Part shown: piece by piece, positions 42,225-50,908 of the stretch | Layout of the letters: every line of letters starts with the position of its first letter | How positions within the stretch are numbered: position 1 is the stretch's first letter | From: an uncultured delta proteobacterium | Lineage (GTDB): Bacteria; Desulfobacterota; RBG-13-43-22 | Length of the DNA stretch: 64,000 bases | NCBI GenBank assembly: GCA_963743305.1 | Contig: CAVUPH010000020.1 | Coordinates: forward strand, 32,001 to 96,000 | Direction of reading: 5' to 3' | Translations under genes and position numbers: made by a program | The notes under the pieces: generated by a model | The model's input: only the letters and a program-made list of their open reading frames with translations | Databases searched by the model: none | What the model was told of the DNA's origin: nothing

Positions 42225-45200
42225 ATGCAACACGCTTCCTTCGTTCACCTTCATGTTCATACCCAATACAGCCTTCTGGACGGAGGTATCCGCCTCAAGG
42301 AGCTTTTCGAAAAGGCCCAGGCCTTTAAACTACCGGCCATTACCATGACCGACCATGGCAACCTTTTCGGGGTGGTGGATTTTTATAAGCAAGCCCCTAA
42401 ATATGGCCTGAAACCGATTATCGGCTGTGAAGTGTACGTGGCCCCTCAAAGCCGCTTTCACAAAGAAAGCAGCGCAAATCTCGAGAACGCCTACCACCTG
42501 GTCCTGCTCTGCAAAAACGAAAAAGGTTACCGTAATCTGCTCCAGTTGGTCACGCTGGGCCATTTGGAAGGCTTTTATTACAAGCCCCGGGTCGACCGGG
42601 AGTTGTTGAAAAAACACAACCAGGGCCTGATCGCCCTTTCCGCCTGCCTACACGGAGAGGTGCCCCACGCCCTCCTGCGGGGTGACCCCCAACGGGCGTT
42701 GGAAACAGCCCGTGAACTGGGGGAGATCTTTGATCGAGATCGTTTTTACCTGGAGATCCAGAAAAACGACATTCCTGAACAGGAAATCGTCAACTCCGGA
42801 CTAGTGGAACTCAGCCGCCGTTTGAATCTACCCTTGGTGGCCACCAACGATTGCCATTACCTGGCCCAGGAGCATGCCCGGGCCCATGATGTTCTGCTTT
42901 GTATCCAGACGGGTAAAACGATCCAAGATCACAACCGGCTTCGTTTTTCCACCAATCAGCTCTATTTCAAATCACCGGAAGAAATGCAGGCCCTCTTCGT
43001 CGACTATCCCGAAGCTATCGAAAACACGGTGCGCATCGCCGAACGCTGCAATTTGGATCTGCCGCTGGGGCACTCCCTTCTGCCCCGTTTCCCTTTGCCT
43101 CCCGAAGAGACCATGGATCATCGTTTGAAGGGGGAGGCCCGGGCCGGTTTGGAAAAACGACTCAAAGCCAAAGAAACCGATCCCGGGTTCCTGCCCTCGC
43201 GGTTCAAGGACTACCGGGCGCGGTTGGAAAGGGAGTTGGCAGTCATCACCCAGATGGGTTTTTCCGGGTATTTTTTAGTGGTTTCCGATTACGTTCGCCA
43301 GGCCAAGGAAAAGGGCATTCCCGTGGGCCCGGGCCGGGGGTCGGCTGCCGGCAGCTTGGTGGCCTATGCCCTGGAGATTACCGATATCGACCCGTTGGTC
43401 TACGGGTTGTTCTTTGAACGCTTTTTAAACGTGGAACGCAAGGAACTGCCGGACATCGATGTGGATTTCTGCGTGGAACGGCGTGATGAAATCCTGAAAT
43501 ACATTATCGAAAAATACGGCCAGGACCACGTGGCTCAAATCATCACTTTTGGGAAAATGCTCCCTCGGGCCGTGATCCGTGATGTGGGGCGGGCCTTGAA
43601 TATGCCCTACGGCGAAGTGGACCGGATCGCCAAACTGGTACCGAATATTCTGAAGATTACCCTGAAAGAGGCCCTGGAAAAGGAGCCCCGCCTCCGGGAA
43701 CTCAAAGAAAACGACCCGATGGTGCGGGAACTTTTGACCATTGCCGAGGTACTGGAAGGCCTCCCGCGCCACGCCTCCACCCATGCCGCCGGCGTAGTGA
43801 TTTCTCCCCAGCCGCTGGTCGAGTGCACGCCTCTGTACAAGGGGCCAAAGGGCGAAACGCTGACCCAGTACGATATGAAATCGGTTCAGGAGGCGGGTCT
43901 GATCAAGTTCGATCTCCTGGGCCTCAATAATTTGACCATCATCCAGTACGCCTTAAAGATGATCGAGCGGTCTCAGGGCCGGCCCTTGGCCCTCTCCCAG
44001 ATCCCCTTAGATGACCCGGCCGTCTACGAATTGTTGGGACGAGGGGATACCACCGGGGTCTTTCAATTGGAAAGTTCGGGCATGAAGGACCTGGTGATCA
44101 AGATGAAGCCGGAAAACTTCGAGGACCTCATTGCCCTGGTGGCCTTGTATCGTCCCGGACCGCTGGAAAGCGGCATGGTGGATGACTTTGTCAAGTGTAA
44201 GCACGGCTTGATTCCGGTCGAATATCTGCTGCCCCAGATGGAGCCGATCCTCAAAGAAACCTACGGGGTCATCGTTTACCAGGAACAGGTGATGGAGTTG
44301 GGCAGCGTCCTGGCCGATTACTCCATGGGTGAGGCTGATATCCTGCGCCGGGCCATGGGCAAAAAAATAACCGAGGTAATGGCCCAGCAAAGGGAACGTT
44401 TTCTGCAGGGAGCCAAAAAGAAGAAGATCGACCTCAAAAAAGCGGAAACGGTTTTCAACCTGATGGAAAAGTTCGGCGGCTATGGGTTCAATAAATCCCA
44501 TAGCGCGGCCTATGCCTTGATTGCCTACCAGACCGCTTTTCTCAAGGCCCATTATCCTCTAGAGTTTATGGCGGCCTTGTTGACCAGCAAAATGGGCAAC
44601 GCTCCCGATATTATCAAATATATCACCGAATGCCGGGAGAAGGGGATTGTCGTTTTGCCGCCGGATATCAACCAGAGCCGGATGGATTTTTCCATTTTTG
44701 AGGATAAGATCCGGTTCGGTTTAGCGGCGGTGAAAAATGTGGGGGAGGGGGCCATCGAATCCATCCTCGAGGCGCGGGAGCAGGGAGGGCCTTTCCTTTC
44801 TCTGGTGGATTTATGTAAACGGGTCGATTTATTTCGGGCCAATCGCAAGGTCCTGGAAAGCCTGGTCAAGTGCGGGGCCATGGATTCTTTGGGAGTGGCC
44901 CGTTCCCGCCTGATGGCTTTTTTGCCCGAGGCCACGGAAATCGGTCAACAATTGCAGCGGGACAGGACCGGCAATCAGTTCAGCCTCTTTGATTTGGGGG
45001 ATCAGCCTGGATTTGATATGCCCGAGTCGGAACCTCCGGCGCTGGAGGAATGGCGGGAAAGTCAGAAACTGGCCTTTGAAAAAGAAATTTTGGGTTTTTA
45101 CATCACCGGGCATCCCCTGACCCGCTTTCTGGAGACCATGCAGGCTTTAAAAGCGACGGCTATCCAGGACCTCTCCGAGTTGGCCGACAAAGAAACGGTT

Positions 45201-45695
45201 CACCTGGCCGGTACAGTGGCCGGTCTCAAGGAAATCAACAGTAAAAAAGGGGATCGTATGGCCTTTGCCACGATCGAGGATCTGACCGGCTCTTGTGAAG
45301 TGATCGTCTTCGCCGATATCTTCCGCAAGTGTTCTCCCTTGCTGAAGGATGAGCTCCCCTTATGGATCACCGGTAATCTGAGCAAGGACGAGAAAGGGGT
45401 TAAGGTCATCGCCCAGGAGGTCATGACCCTGGAACAGGCTGAGGAAACTTCAGCCGTTAAGGCCACCCTCTCCATTTCGGCCACCGGTTTGAGCCGGGAC
45501 CAACTGGCCAATTTATCGGTCTTATTGCGTCACCATCCCGGGACCTGCCCGGTACAATTTTTGGTTCATTGTCCAAATCAGACCCAGGTTTTGTTCAGCC
45601 TGCCCGATGTCTATAAGATCAAGCCCTCGACGCGGTTAAAGCGGGAACTGCGAGATCTTTTCGGGACCCCGATTTTGGAAGTGCAGTTCCAATAG
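42225..45695 (+). CDS. dnaE: DNA polymerase III alpha subunit
   Basis: HLHVHTQYSLLDG, GRGSAAGS, PDIDVDF, HAAG, KFDLLGL, YGFNKSHS; no intein seen. Confidence 0.98.
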   Translation: MQHASFVHLHVHTQYSLLDGGIRLKELFEKAQAFKLPAITMTDHGNLFGVVDFYKQAPKYGLKPIIGCEVYVAPQSRFHKESSANLENAYHLVLLCKNEKGYRNLLQLVTLGHLEGFYYKPRVDRELLKKHNQGLIALSACLHGEVPHALLRGDPQRALETARELGEIFDRDRFYLEIQKNDIPEQEIVNSGLVELSRRLNLPLVATNDCHYLAQEHARAHDVLLCIQTGKTIQDHNRLRFSTNQLYFKSPEEMQALFVDYPEAIENTVRIAERCNLDLPLGHSLLPRFPLPPEETMDHRLKGEARAGLEKRLKAKETDPGFLPSRFKDYRARLERELAVITQMGFSGYFLVVSDYVRQAKEKGIPVGPGRGSAAGSLVAYALEITDIDPLVYGLFFERFLNVERKELPDIDVDFCVERRDEILKYIIEKYGQDHVAQIITFGKMLPRAVIRDVGRALNMPYGEVDRIAKLVPNILKITLKEALEKEPRLRELKENDPMVRELLTIAEVLEGLPRHASTHAAGVVISPQPLVECTPLYKGPKGETLTQYDMKSVQEAGLIKFDLLGLNNLTIIQYALKMIERSQGRPLALSQIPLDDPAVYELLGRGDTTGVFQLESSGMKDLVIKMKPENFEDLIALVALYRPGPLESGMVDDFVKCKHGLIPVEYLLPQMEPILKETYGVIVYQEQVMELGSVLADYSMGEADILRRAMGKKITEVMAQQRERFLQGAKKKKIDLKKAETVFNLMEKFGGYGFNKSHSAAYALIAYQTAFLKAHYPLEFMAALLTSKMGNAPDIIKYITECREKGIVVLPPDINQSRMDFSIFEDKIRFGLAAVKNVGEGAIESILEAREQGGPFLSLVDLCKRVDLFRANRKVLESLVKCGAMDSLGVARSRLMAFLPEATEIGQQLQRDRTGNQFSLFDLGDQPGFDMPESEPPALEEWRESQKLAFEKEILGFYITGHPLTRFLETMQALKATAIQDLSELADKETVHLAGTVAGLKEINSKKGDRMAFATIEDLTGSCEVIVFADIFRKCSPLLKDELPLWITGNLSKDEKGVKVIAQEVMTLEQAEETSAVKATLSISATGLSRDQLANLSVLLRHHPGTCPVQFLVHCPNQTQVLFSLPDVYKIKPSTRLKRELRDLFGTPILEVQFQ

Positions 45696-45752
45696 ACAAA
45701 CGTTGAAAAGGTTGATACCCATTCCAGGAAGATCTGGTTTAGTTGGGTGAAT

Positions 45753-45800
45753 AAAAACGAATTTCGAATATCGAACACCGAATGTCGAATGAACGAAGAA
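45753..45800. repeat. Heptamer tandem repeat (AATATCG-like); related copies at ~26224, ~49783(-), ~50627, ~54033
   Basis: aaaacgaatttcgaatatcgaacaccgaatgtcgaatgaacgaag. Confidence 0.7.
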
Positions 45801-45823
45801 TAGTTATAGGTATTTGACGGCCG

Positions 45824-46552
45824 ATGCCTACCTACCAGGAACGTTTTTACCGCACCCAAACCGCTTCTCCCGACTGGGTATCTTTTGCCATCCAGGTCAA
45901 GGAAAGCGACCTCTGGATTCGGGCCCGTCGAAATTTGGCTGAGGAAGGATATGAGCGGCTATACCGCCATCGTCAGAACATCGAAGAGTATCTCCGCCAA
46001 CATCCGGAGTTTGGAGAGGCGCTGACGCCGCTGCCTCCCGATCCTCTGGCGCCGGGAATTATTAAAGAGATGCTGGCGGCCGGGAGGGCGGCCGGGGTGG
46101 GACCGATGGCCGCCGTGGCCGGGGCTGTCGCTCAATACGTGGGAAATGATCTGCTGGACCTCTCCCCGGAAATCATTATTGAAAATGGGGGAGACTGTTT
46201 TATTTCCTGTCGGGAATCCCTGACCGTGGGTCTATTCGCCGGGACTTCCCCGCTCAGTCGGAGGATCGGGATTTCCTTGCCGCCTGCCGAGGAGTCGGTG
46301 GGCCTTTGCACCTCTTCCGGGACGGTCGGGCATTCCTTGAGTTTCGGCCGGGCGGATGCAGTGGCCGTACGCTCCTCTTCGGCGATCCTGGCCGATGCGG
46401 CGGCCACGGCAGTGGGAAATCGCGTCCGGACCCGGCAGGACCTGCCCGCGGCCTTGGCCTTCGCTCAAACGATCCCGGGGGTCGATGGCGTTTTAGTAGT
46501 CCTGGGAGATCAGTTGGGTCTCTGGGGATCTTTAGAAATCGTCACCCTTTAA
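45824..46552 (+). CDS. UPF0280 / ApbE-superfamily protein
   Basis: ESDL, GPMAAVAGA, ENGGD, CTSSGTVGHSLSFGRADAV, ADAAATA.GN. Confidence 0.9.
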   Translation: MPTYQERFYRTQTASPDWVSFAIQVKESDLWIRARRNLAEEGYERLYRHRQNIEEYLRQHPEFGEALTPLPPDPLAPGIIKEMLAAGRAAGVGPMAAVAGAVAQYVGNDLLDLSPEIIIENGGDCFISCRESLTVGLFAGTSPLSRRIGISLPPAEESVGLCTSSGTVGHSLSFGRADAVAVRSSSAILADAAATAVGNRVRTRQDLPAALAFAQTIPGVDGVLVVLGDQLGLWGSLEIVTL

Positions 46553-46616
46553 GCCCAGGGTTCCGGGTCTGGTGATTAAGCTTGACTCCTTTCGAGGGTT
46601 TTCTTAGATTAATGCT

Positions 46617-47189
46617 ATGACGCTTAATACGGATTCTCATTCTCTAAAAGGGCAGTTTCTCATCGCCATGCCGAGTTTGCTGGACCCTAATTTCCATCAA
46701 ACCGTAACCTGTATCTGCGAGCATTCCGTGGAAGGAGCCTTGGGGTTGGTGATAAACCGGGTCTACCCGGATTTGACCGGCTTGGCGATTTTCGAGGAAC
46801 TGGGATTACCTTTCATCCCGGGGCGGGAAGAAATTCCCATCCATGTGGGGGGGCCGGTTCACAAAGGGCAACTCTTTATCCTGCACGGACCTCCTTTTGA
46901 TTGGGAGGGCAATCATCCGATATCGACCTCCCTGGCCCTCAGTAATTCCAAGGATATTTTAGAGGCCCTGGCCCGGGGACAAGGACCGACGGCCTTTATC
47001 ATTGCCATGGGCTGCGCCGGTTGGGGACCGGGTCAACTGGAAGCGGAGATTATGGCCAACGCCTGGTTGACCTGCCCGGCGGATGAACGGATAATCTTTA
47101 AGGCGCCCGTTGCCCAGCGTTGGGAAATGGCTGCCAAATTACTGGGTGTCGATCTCGCCTTATTGACGGACACGGTTGGGCACGCTTAA
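46617..47189 (+). CDS. YqgE/AlgH family protein
   Basis: FLIAMPSL.DPNF, GALGLVIN, GGPV, GCAGWGPGQLEAE. Confidence 0.93.
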   Translation: MTLNTDSHSLKGQFLIAMPSLLDPNFHQTVTCICEHSVEGALGLVINRVYPDLTGLAIFEELGLPFIPGREEIPIHVGGPVHKGQLFILHGPPFDWEGNHPISTSLALSNSKDILEALARGQGPTAFIIAMGCAGWGPGQLEAEIMANAWLTCPADERIIFKAPVAQRWEMAAKLLGVDLALLTDTVGHA

Positions 47190-47395
47190 TGGGCGAAATT
47201 CGCAGCACCTTAGACCTTATTGAGGAATTGGATCAAGCCCGAAGCGAAAAGGTCCGGTTGGCCTTAGATCGACTGGCTGAAAGGAATACTTCAGGCACAG
47301 CGGTGGTCCCGAACCTGAACGGCGACCCGGAGTGGGTCGCTTTTCGCCGGCTAAGGATTGAGGAATGCCTCCGGGAACTGAGCCTTATCCTTTAA
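47189..47395 (+). CDS. Small hypothetical protein, possibly an internally deleted remnant
   Basis: TAATG coupling with yqgE; MGEIRSTLDL...SGTAVVPNL. Confidence 0.45.
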   Translation: MGEIRSTLDLIEELDQARSEKVRLALDRLAERNTSGTAVVPNLNGDPEWVAFRRLRIEECLRELSLIL

Positions 47396-47624
47396 GGTCG
47401 GTTGAGCAGGTAAGATAGTCTCGCCAAAAGTAGAAAGACTAGTGATAAGCTGGTTATTGGGGATTGCTTTGGGGGGGTTACGAATCCGTCAGATATAATT
47501 GAATTAATAGTCCTCCACCGCTCTAAAAGTAGCCTCTGCCGCCTCTTTCCCCACTACCACCTCCCCGTGCCCGGGAAGGAGAATCTCTAGTTCCAGGGCG
47601 GCCAGCCTGCGGATACTTTTAATG

Positions 47625-48303
47625 TCACTCAAAAAGATTTAATTGTCCGCTGGGTTTTTTCTTTTTCCCGGCCGTTTTTGGTTTGAACACTTCAATGGCC
47701 GGTCCCGGGTCTGCCGGTGGAGATTCCTTAATCTGCGGGAGGTTCGAGTCCGGTTGAACCAGGAAGGAGCGGAAACTCTCAGCCCGCCTGCGGATGTCAA
47801 CCAGGCGGGATTGCAGCGTAAATTCGATGGCGGCCTGAAAGCTTTTCAGATCCTCAGGCGCTAAAGATACTTTCCCCCGAAGGTTGGTTGCCAATTCCGG
47901 CCAGAGTCGGCAGTGGGGAAAAATATAAAAAAGGCCCGTCGTAACGGTCTGGTCGTCTTCGCGGCTTAGTTGAAGCAATGAGCCATCCCGAATAACCATC
48001 CAAGGATGGGTCGTTTGCGGTCTGGATTTTGAAAGGAAAAGACGCCGCAGGATGGGCTGGTGGAGGAAGCAGCGCCAGATTTGAGCGGCCAAAGGGCTTT
48101 GTTCCGACTGGGGAAGGGAATCAAATCTTTCTTGAAAGACAGCCGGCTCCACCCGGAGGAAATATTCCAGCCACCAGATGAAATTCATATCCCGGAGGGA
48201 GAGTTCGGTTTCCTCCTGAACGGTTAGAGATTCCCCCGGGCGGAGATGAGGCGTTCAGCAGGGAAATAATCTCTAAAAGGATATTTTCCGGGTAGAAATC
48301 CAT
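47625..48303 (-). CDS. Hypothetical protein, apparent +1 G in a homopolymer near 48235
   Basis: ORF from 48303 joins ORF 47625-48188 if one G is removed from CCCGGGGGAA; C-terminal QLNLF resembles a beta-clamp-binding motif. Confidence 0.5.
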
Positions 48304-48425
48304 GGTCGGGGCCTTAACGATTTGGTTTCCTTCATTAGATACCGGTAAGCGGGTTTCCTGTCAAGGGAATTGCCGACCGAAATTTTCGGGTTGGGGAGTT
48401 CACCCGGCCGAATCGTTAAAGGGAA

Positions 48426-48454
48426 TTGACAACAAATCCGGGGTTAGTGTATGG
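48426..48454 (+). promoter_or_regulatory. Sigma70 promoter of hbd
   Basis: TTGACA-N17-TATGGT; AGGAGG RBS downstream. Confidence 0.6.
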
Positions 48455-48483
48455 TCTACTAAATTTCGAAAAGGAGGAACTCT

Positions 48484-49344
48484 ATGGAGATCAAGAAAAT
48501 TGGTGTAGTGGGAGCCGGTACGATGGGCAACGGAATTGCTCAGGTTGCCGCCCTCATCGGGTGTGAGGTCATCATGCGGGATGTGGAAGAGCGTTTTGTC
48601 CAGAACGGGCTCAAGAATATTGATCGCTTCTTAAGCAAAAGCGTGGAAAAAGGAAAAATGACCGAAGACCAAAAGCAGGGTGTGCTGGGACGCATTAAGG
48701 GGACCACCAACATGGCCGATTTGGCCGAAGTGGATTTTGTCATCGAAGCGGTGATCGAGGACATGGACCTGAAGCGATCGGTTTTTAAGGATCTGGATGG
48801 GATCTGCCGGGCCGACGTAATTCTGGCCACCAACACCTCCTCCATGTCCATCACCGAGATCGCCGTGGCCACCCAGCGTCCCGAGAAGGTGGTGGGTATG
48901 CATTTCTTCAACCCGGTCCCTTTGATGCGTCTGGTAGAGGTCATCCGCGGTTTTCATACCAATGACGAAGCGGTTCAGGTGACCACGGACCTGGCTAAGA
49001 AAATGGGTAAGGAGACGGTGGAGGTCAAGATCGATTCCCCGGGTTTCATCGTCAACCGGATCATGATTCCCCACATGTTGGAAGCCATCAACATCGTCCA
49101 GGAGGGTGTGGCCTCCAAGGAGGACGTGGACAAGGCGGTCAAGCTGGGTTTGAACTATCCAATGGGCCCCTTTGAGTTAATGGATCTAACCGGCGTGGAC
49201 ATCTGCAAGTTTGTGGCCGATTATTTTTATAAGGAGCTGAACAAGGAAGGCAAGTGGGTGGCCCCGACCCTGATGAAGAATATGATCCGGGCCGGCCGTC
49301 TGGGCCGTAAGACCGGCGCGGGGTGGTTCGATTATAAGAAATAA
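48484..49344 (+). CDS. hbd: 3-hydroxybutyryl-CoA dehydrogenase
   Basis: GAGTMGNGIA, IEAVIE, TNTSS, GMHFFNP, PGFIVNR, YPMGPFEL.D, GRLGRKTG. Confidence 0.95.
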   Translation: MEIKKIGVVGAGTMGNGIAQVAALIGCEVIMRDVEERFVQNGLKNIDRFLSKSVEKGKMTEDQKQGVLGRIKGTTNMADLAEVDFVIEAVIEDMDLKRSVFKDLDGICRADVILATNTSSMSITEIAVATQRPEKVVGMHFFNPVPLMRLVEVIRGFHTNDEAVQVTTDLAKKMGKETVEVKIDSPGFIVNRIMIPHMLEAINIVQEGVASKEDVDKAVKLGLNYPMGPFELMDLTGVDICKFVADYFYKELNKEGKWVAPTLMKNMIRAGRLGRKTGAGWFDYKK

Positions 49345-49387
49345 AATAAGCCTGCCGAACCGGGTATAATTCATTCGGAGGATGAGT

Positions 49388-49430
49388 AAAACCCCGGTTT
49401 CCCCGGAAAGGGGAGCCGGGGGTTTTTTTT
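49388..49430 (+). terminator. Intrinsic terminator after hbd
   Basis: ACCCCGGTTTCCCC/GGGGAGCCGGGGGT stem followed by a T8 run. Confidence 0.8.
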
Positions 49431-49547
49431 ATCTTCGCCCTTCGGCCTGATATATTTTGAAGGGGAAGATAAACGGTTTCAAATTTCGTATTAATGCCCA
49501 GGTCGGGGGCTGGTCCTCGGAAAGCATGAAAATAACCGAGCCAGTCC

Positions 49548-49642
49548 GTCATTGCGAGCGAAGCGAAGCAATCCCCCGTGCGGCTCACCCCTGCCTCCCC
49601 CCAAGCTTAACCAAGGGATTGCTTCGCTTCGCTCGCAATGAC
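49548..49642. repeat. REP/RPE-like palindrome (GTCATTGCGAGCGAAGCGAAGCAATCCC...GGGATTGCTTCGCTTCGCTCGCAATGAC)
   Basis: Perfect 28-bp inverted arms; second copy 53432-53512. Confidence 0.9.
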
Positions 49643-49827
49643 AGTGCAGTAGGGCAGGCGACCCCGCCTGCCGGCTGAGCAAGGGATACGGTTAACTCCA
49701 CATCCAAGGTGAGGCGTAGGCGGGGGTGGTCAAATCCAGCCCCGGTTTGGGCGGCGGGGTCGCCGCCTCTACGAAAAACCCCTTCTTCATTCGAAATTCG
49801 GCGTTCGATATTCAAAATTCGTTCTTT

Positions 49828-50393
49828 TTACGGACTAAATTCCTTCAGGAAAGCGGCCGAATCCATGACCCTCAGCAGCGGATAAAGGGGATTACGCCGA
49901 TAATTGTCCAGGGTCCGCTGGTGCATTTCCGGGGTGGGGGCGGCCGAGCAGTCCTCCAGGATGACCGACCCGAAAGTCATGGCAGAGGGCGTCCAAGGCT
50001 GTGGTCAGGACGCAGAAATGGGTGGCGATGCCGGTGACGGCCACCGTATCGATTTGAGAGTAGCCGCAGGGTCATGTCCAGATCGGTCTTGAAAAAGGCA
50101 CTGAAGCGGCGTTTGGGTAAAACAATGTCCGTGGGGGCCTGATCCAAAGCCTCCAGCACTTCAGCCCCCGGCGTACCTCGCAACGAGTGGGCCTTCATCT
50201 TCCCCTGAAAAATGAAATCACCTTCCAGGAAGCTGTCACAGGCAAAAATGATCGGGATTCCTCGTTGACGGGCTTCCTCAAGCAAGCGGTTCAGCGCCGG
50301 GACCATGGCCCGGGCGTGGGCGGTAATGGGCAGGTGGTCCTCGTCGTGAAAATTGTCCTTCACCATGTCGACGACAATAATGGCCGGTTTCAT
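49828..50393 (-). CDS. Isochorismatase/cysteine hydrolase family protein, two apparent +1 insertions (~50058, ~49967)
   Basis: AIIVVDM..D, KRRFSAF..TDLD; other frames continue IDTVAVTGIATHFCVLTTALDA and VILEDCSAA. Confidence 0.8.
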
Positions 50394-50407
50394 AGGTTTT
50401 CTTCGCG

Positions 50408-50593
50408 CTAAAGGACGGTCAGCAGGTCGCTGAAGTTAATCTCCAGCATCTTGGCGCTGGCCAGGATACGGTCGGCGTTGCAGTCCGCCGCCTGAACCCC
50501 TCCGGAGAGATTTTTAAGCTCCAGGGCGGCGGTTTTGATGATTTGGATTTGCTCACTCAAGGCTTTTAGTTTGGCGATTTCGATTGGTTCCAT
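50408..50593 (-). CDS. Small hypothetical protein
   Basis: Short ORF with AAGGGG RBS, 14 nt upstream of the cysteine hydrolase. Confidence 0.5.
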   Translation of the reverse strand: MEPIEIAKLKALSEQIQIIKTAALELKNLSGGVQAADCNADRILASAKMLEINFSDLLTVL

Positions 50594-50908
50594 CGTGATC
50601 CCCTTCACCCCCGAAGTGCTAAAAAGATGAACATCGAACGTCCAACATCGAATGTTGAATAAGAGAAAATGAATAAATCCCGCCGAGATCGGGTTTAATG
50701 TTCAGTATTGGGCCTTTGTTTTTCATTCGACGTTGAACGTTGGATGTTCGATGTTGGACGTTCGATTTCGTGGTCTTTCCTCTTGTTTTTTGTTCTTGCC
50801 CAGAATCCAGTATCAATGGTTCCGCAAGTCCTTGAACCGCCGGGCCTTGCCCTCCGGCCGGGGCAAGGCCCCGGAATGGAAAGGTCTTTGGCCGGGTCGA
50901 TCCCCATC

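Noticed and set aside
42225-45695. Intein in DnaE (also checked RtcB)
   Set aside because: Both proteins are of normal length with contiguous motifs and no C...HN splice junctions.
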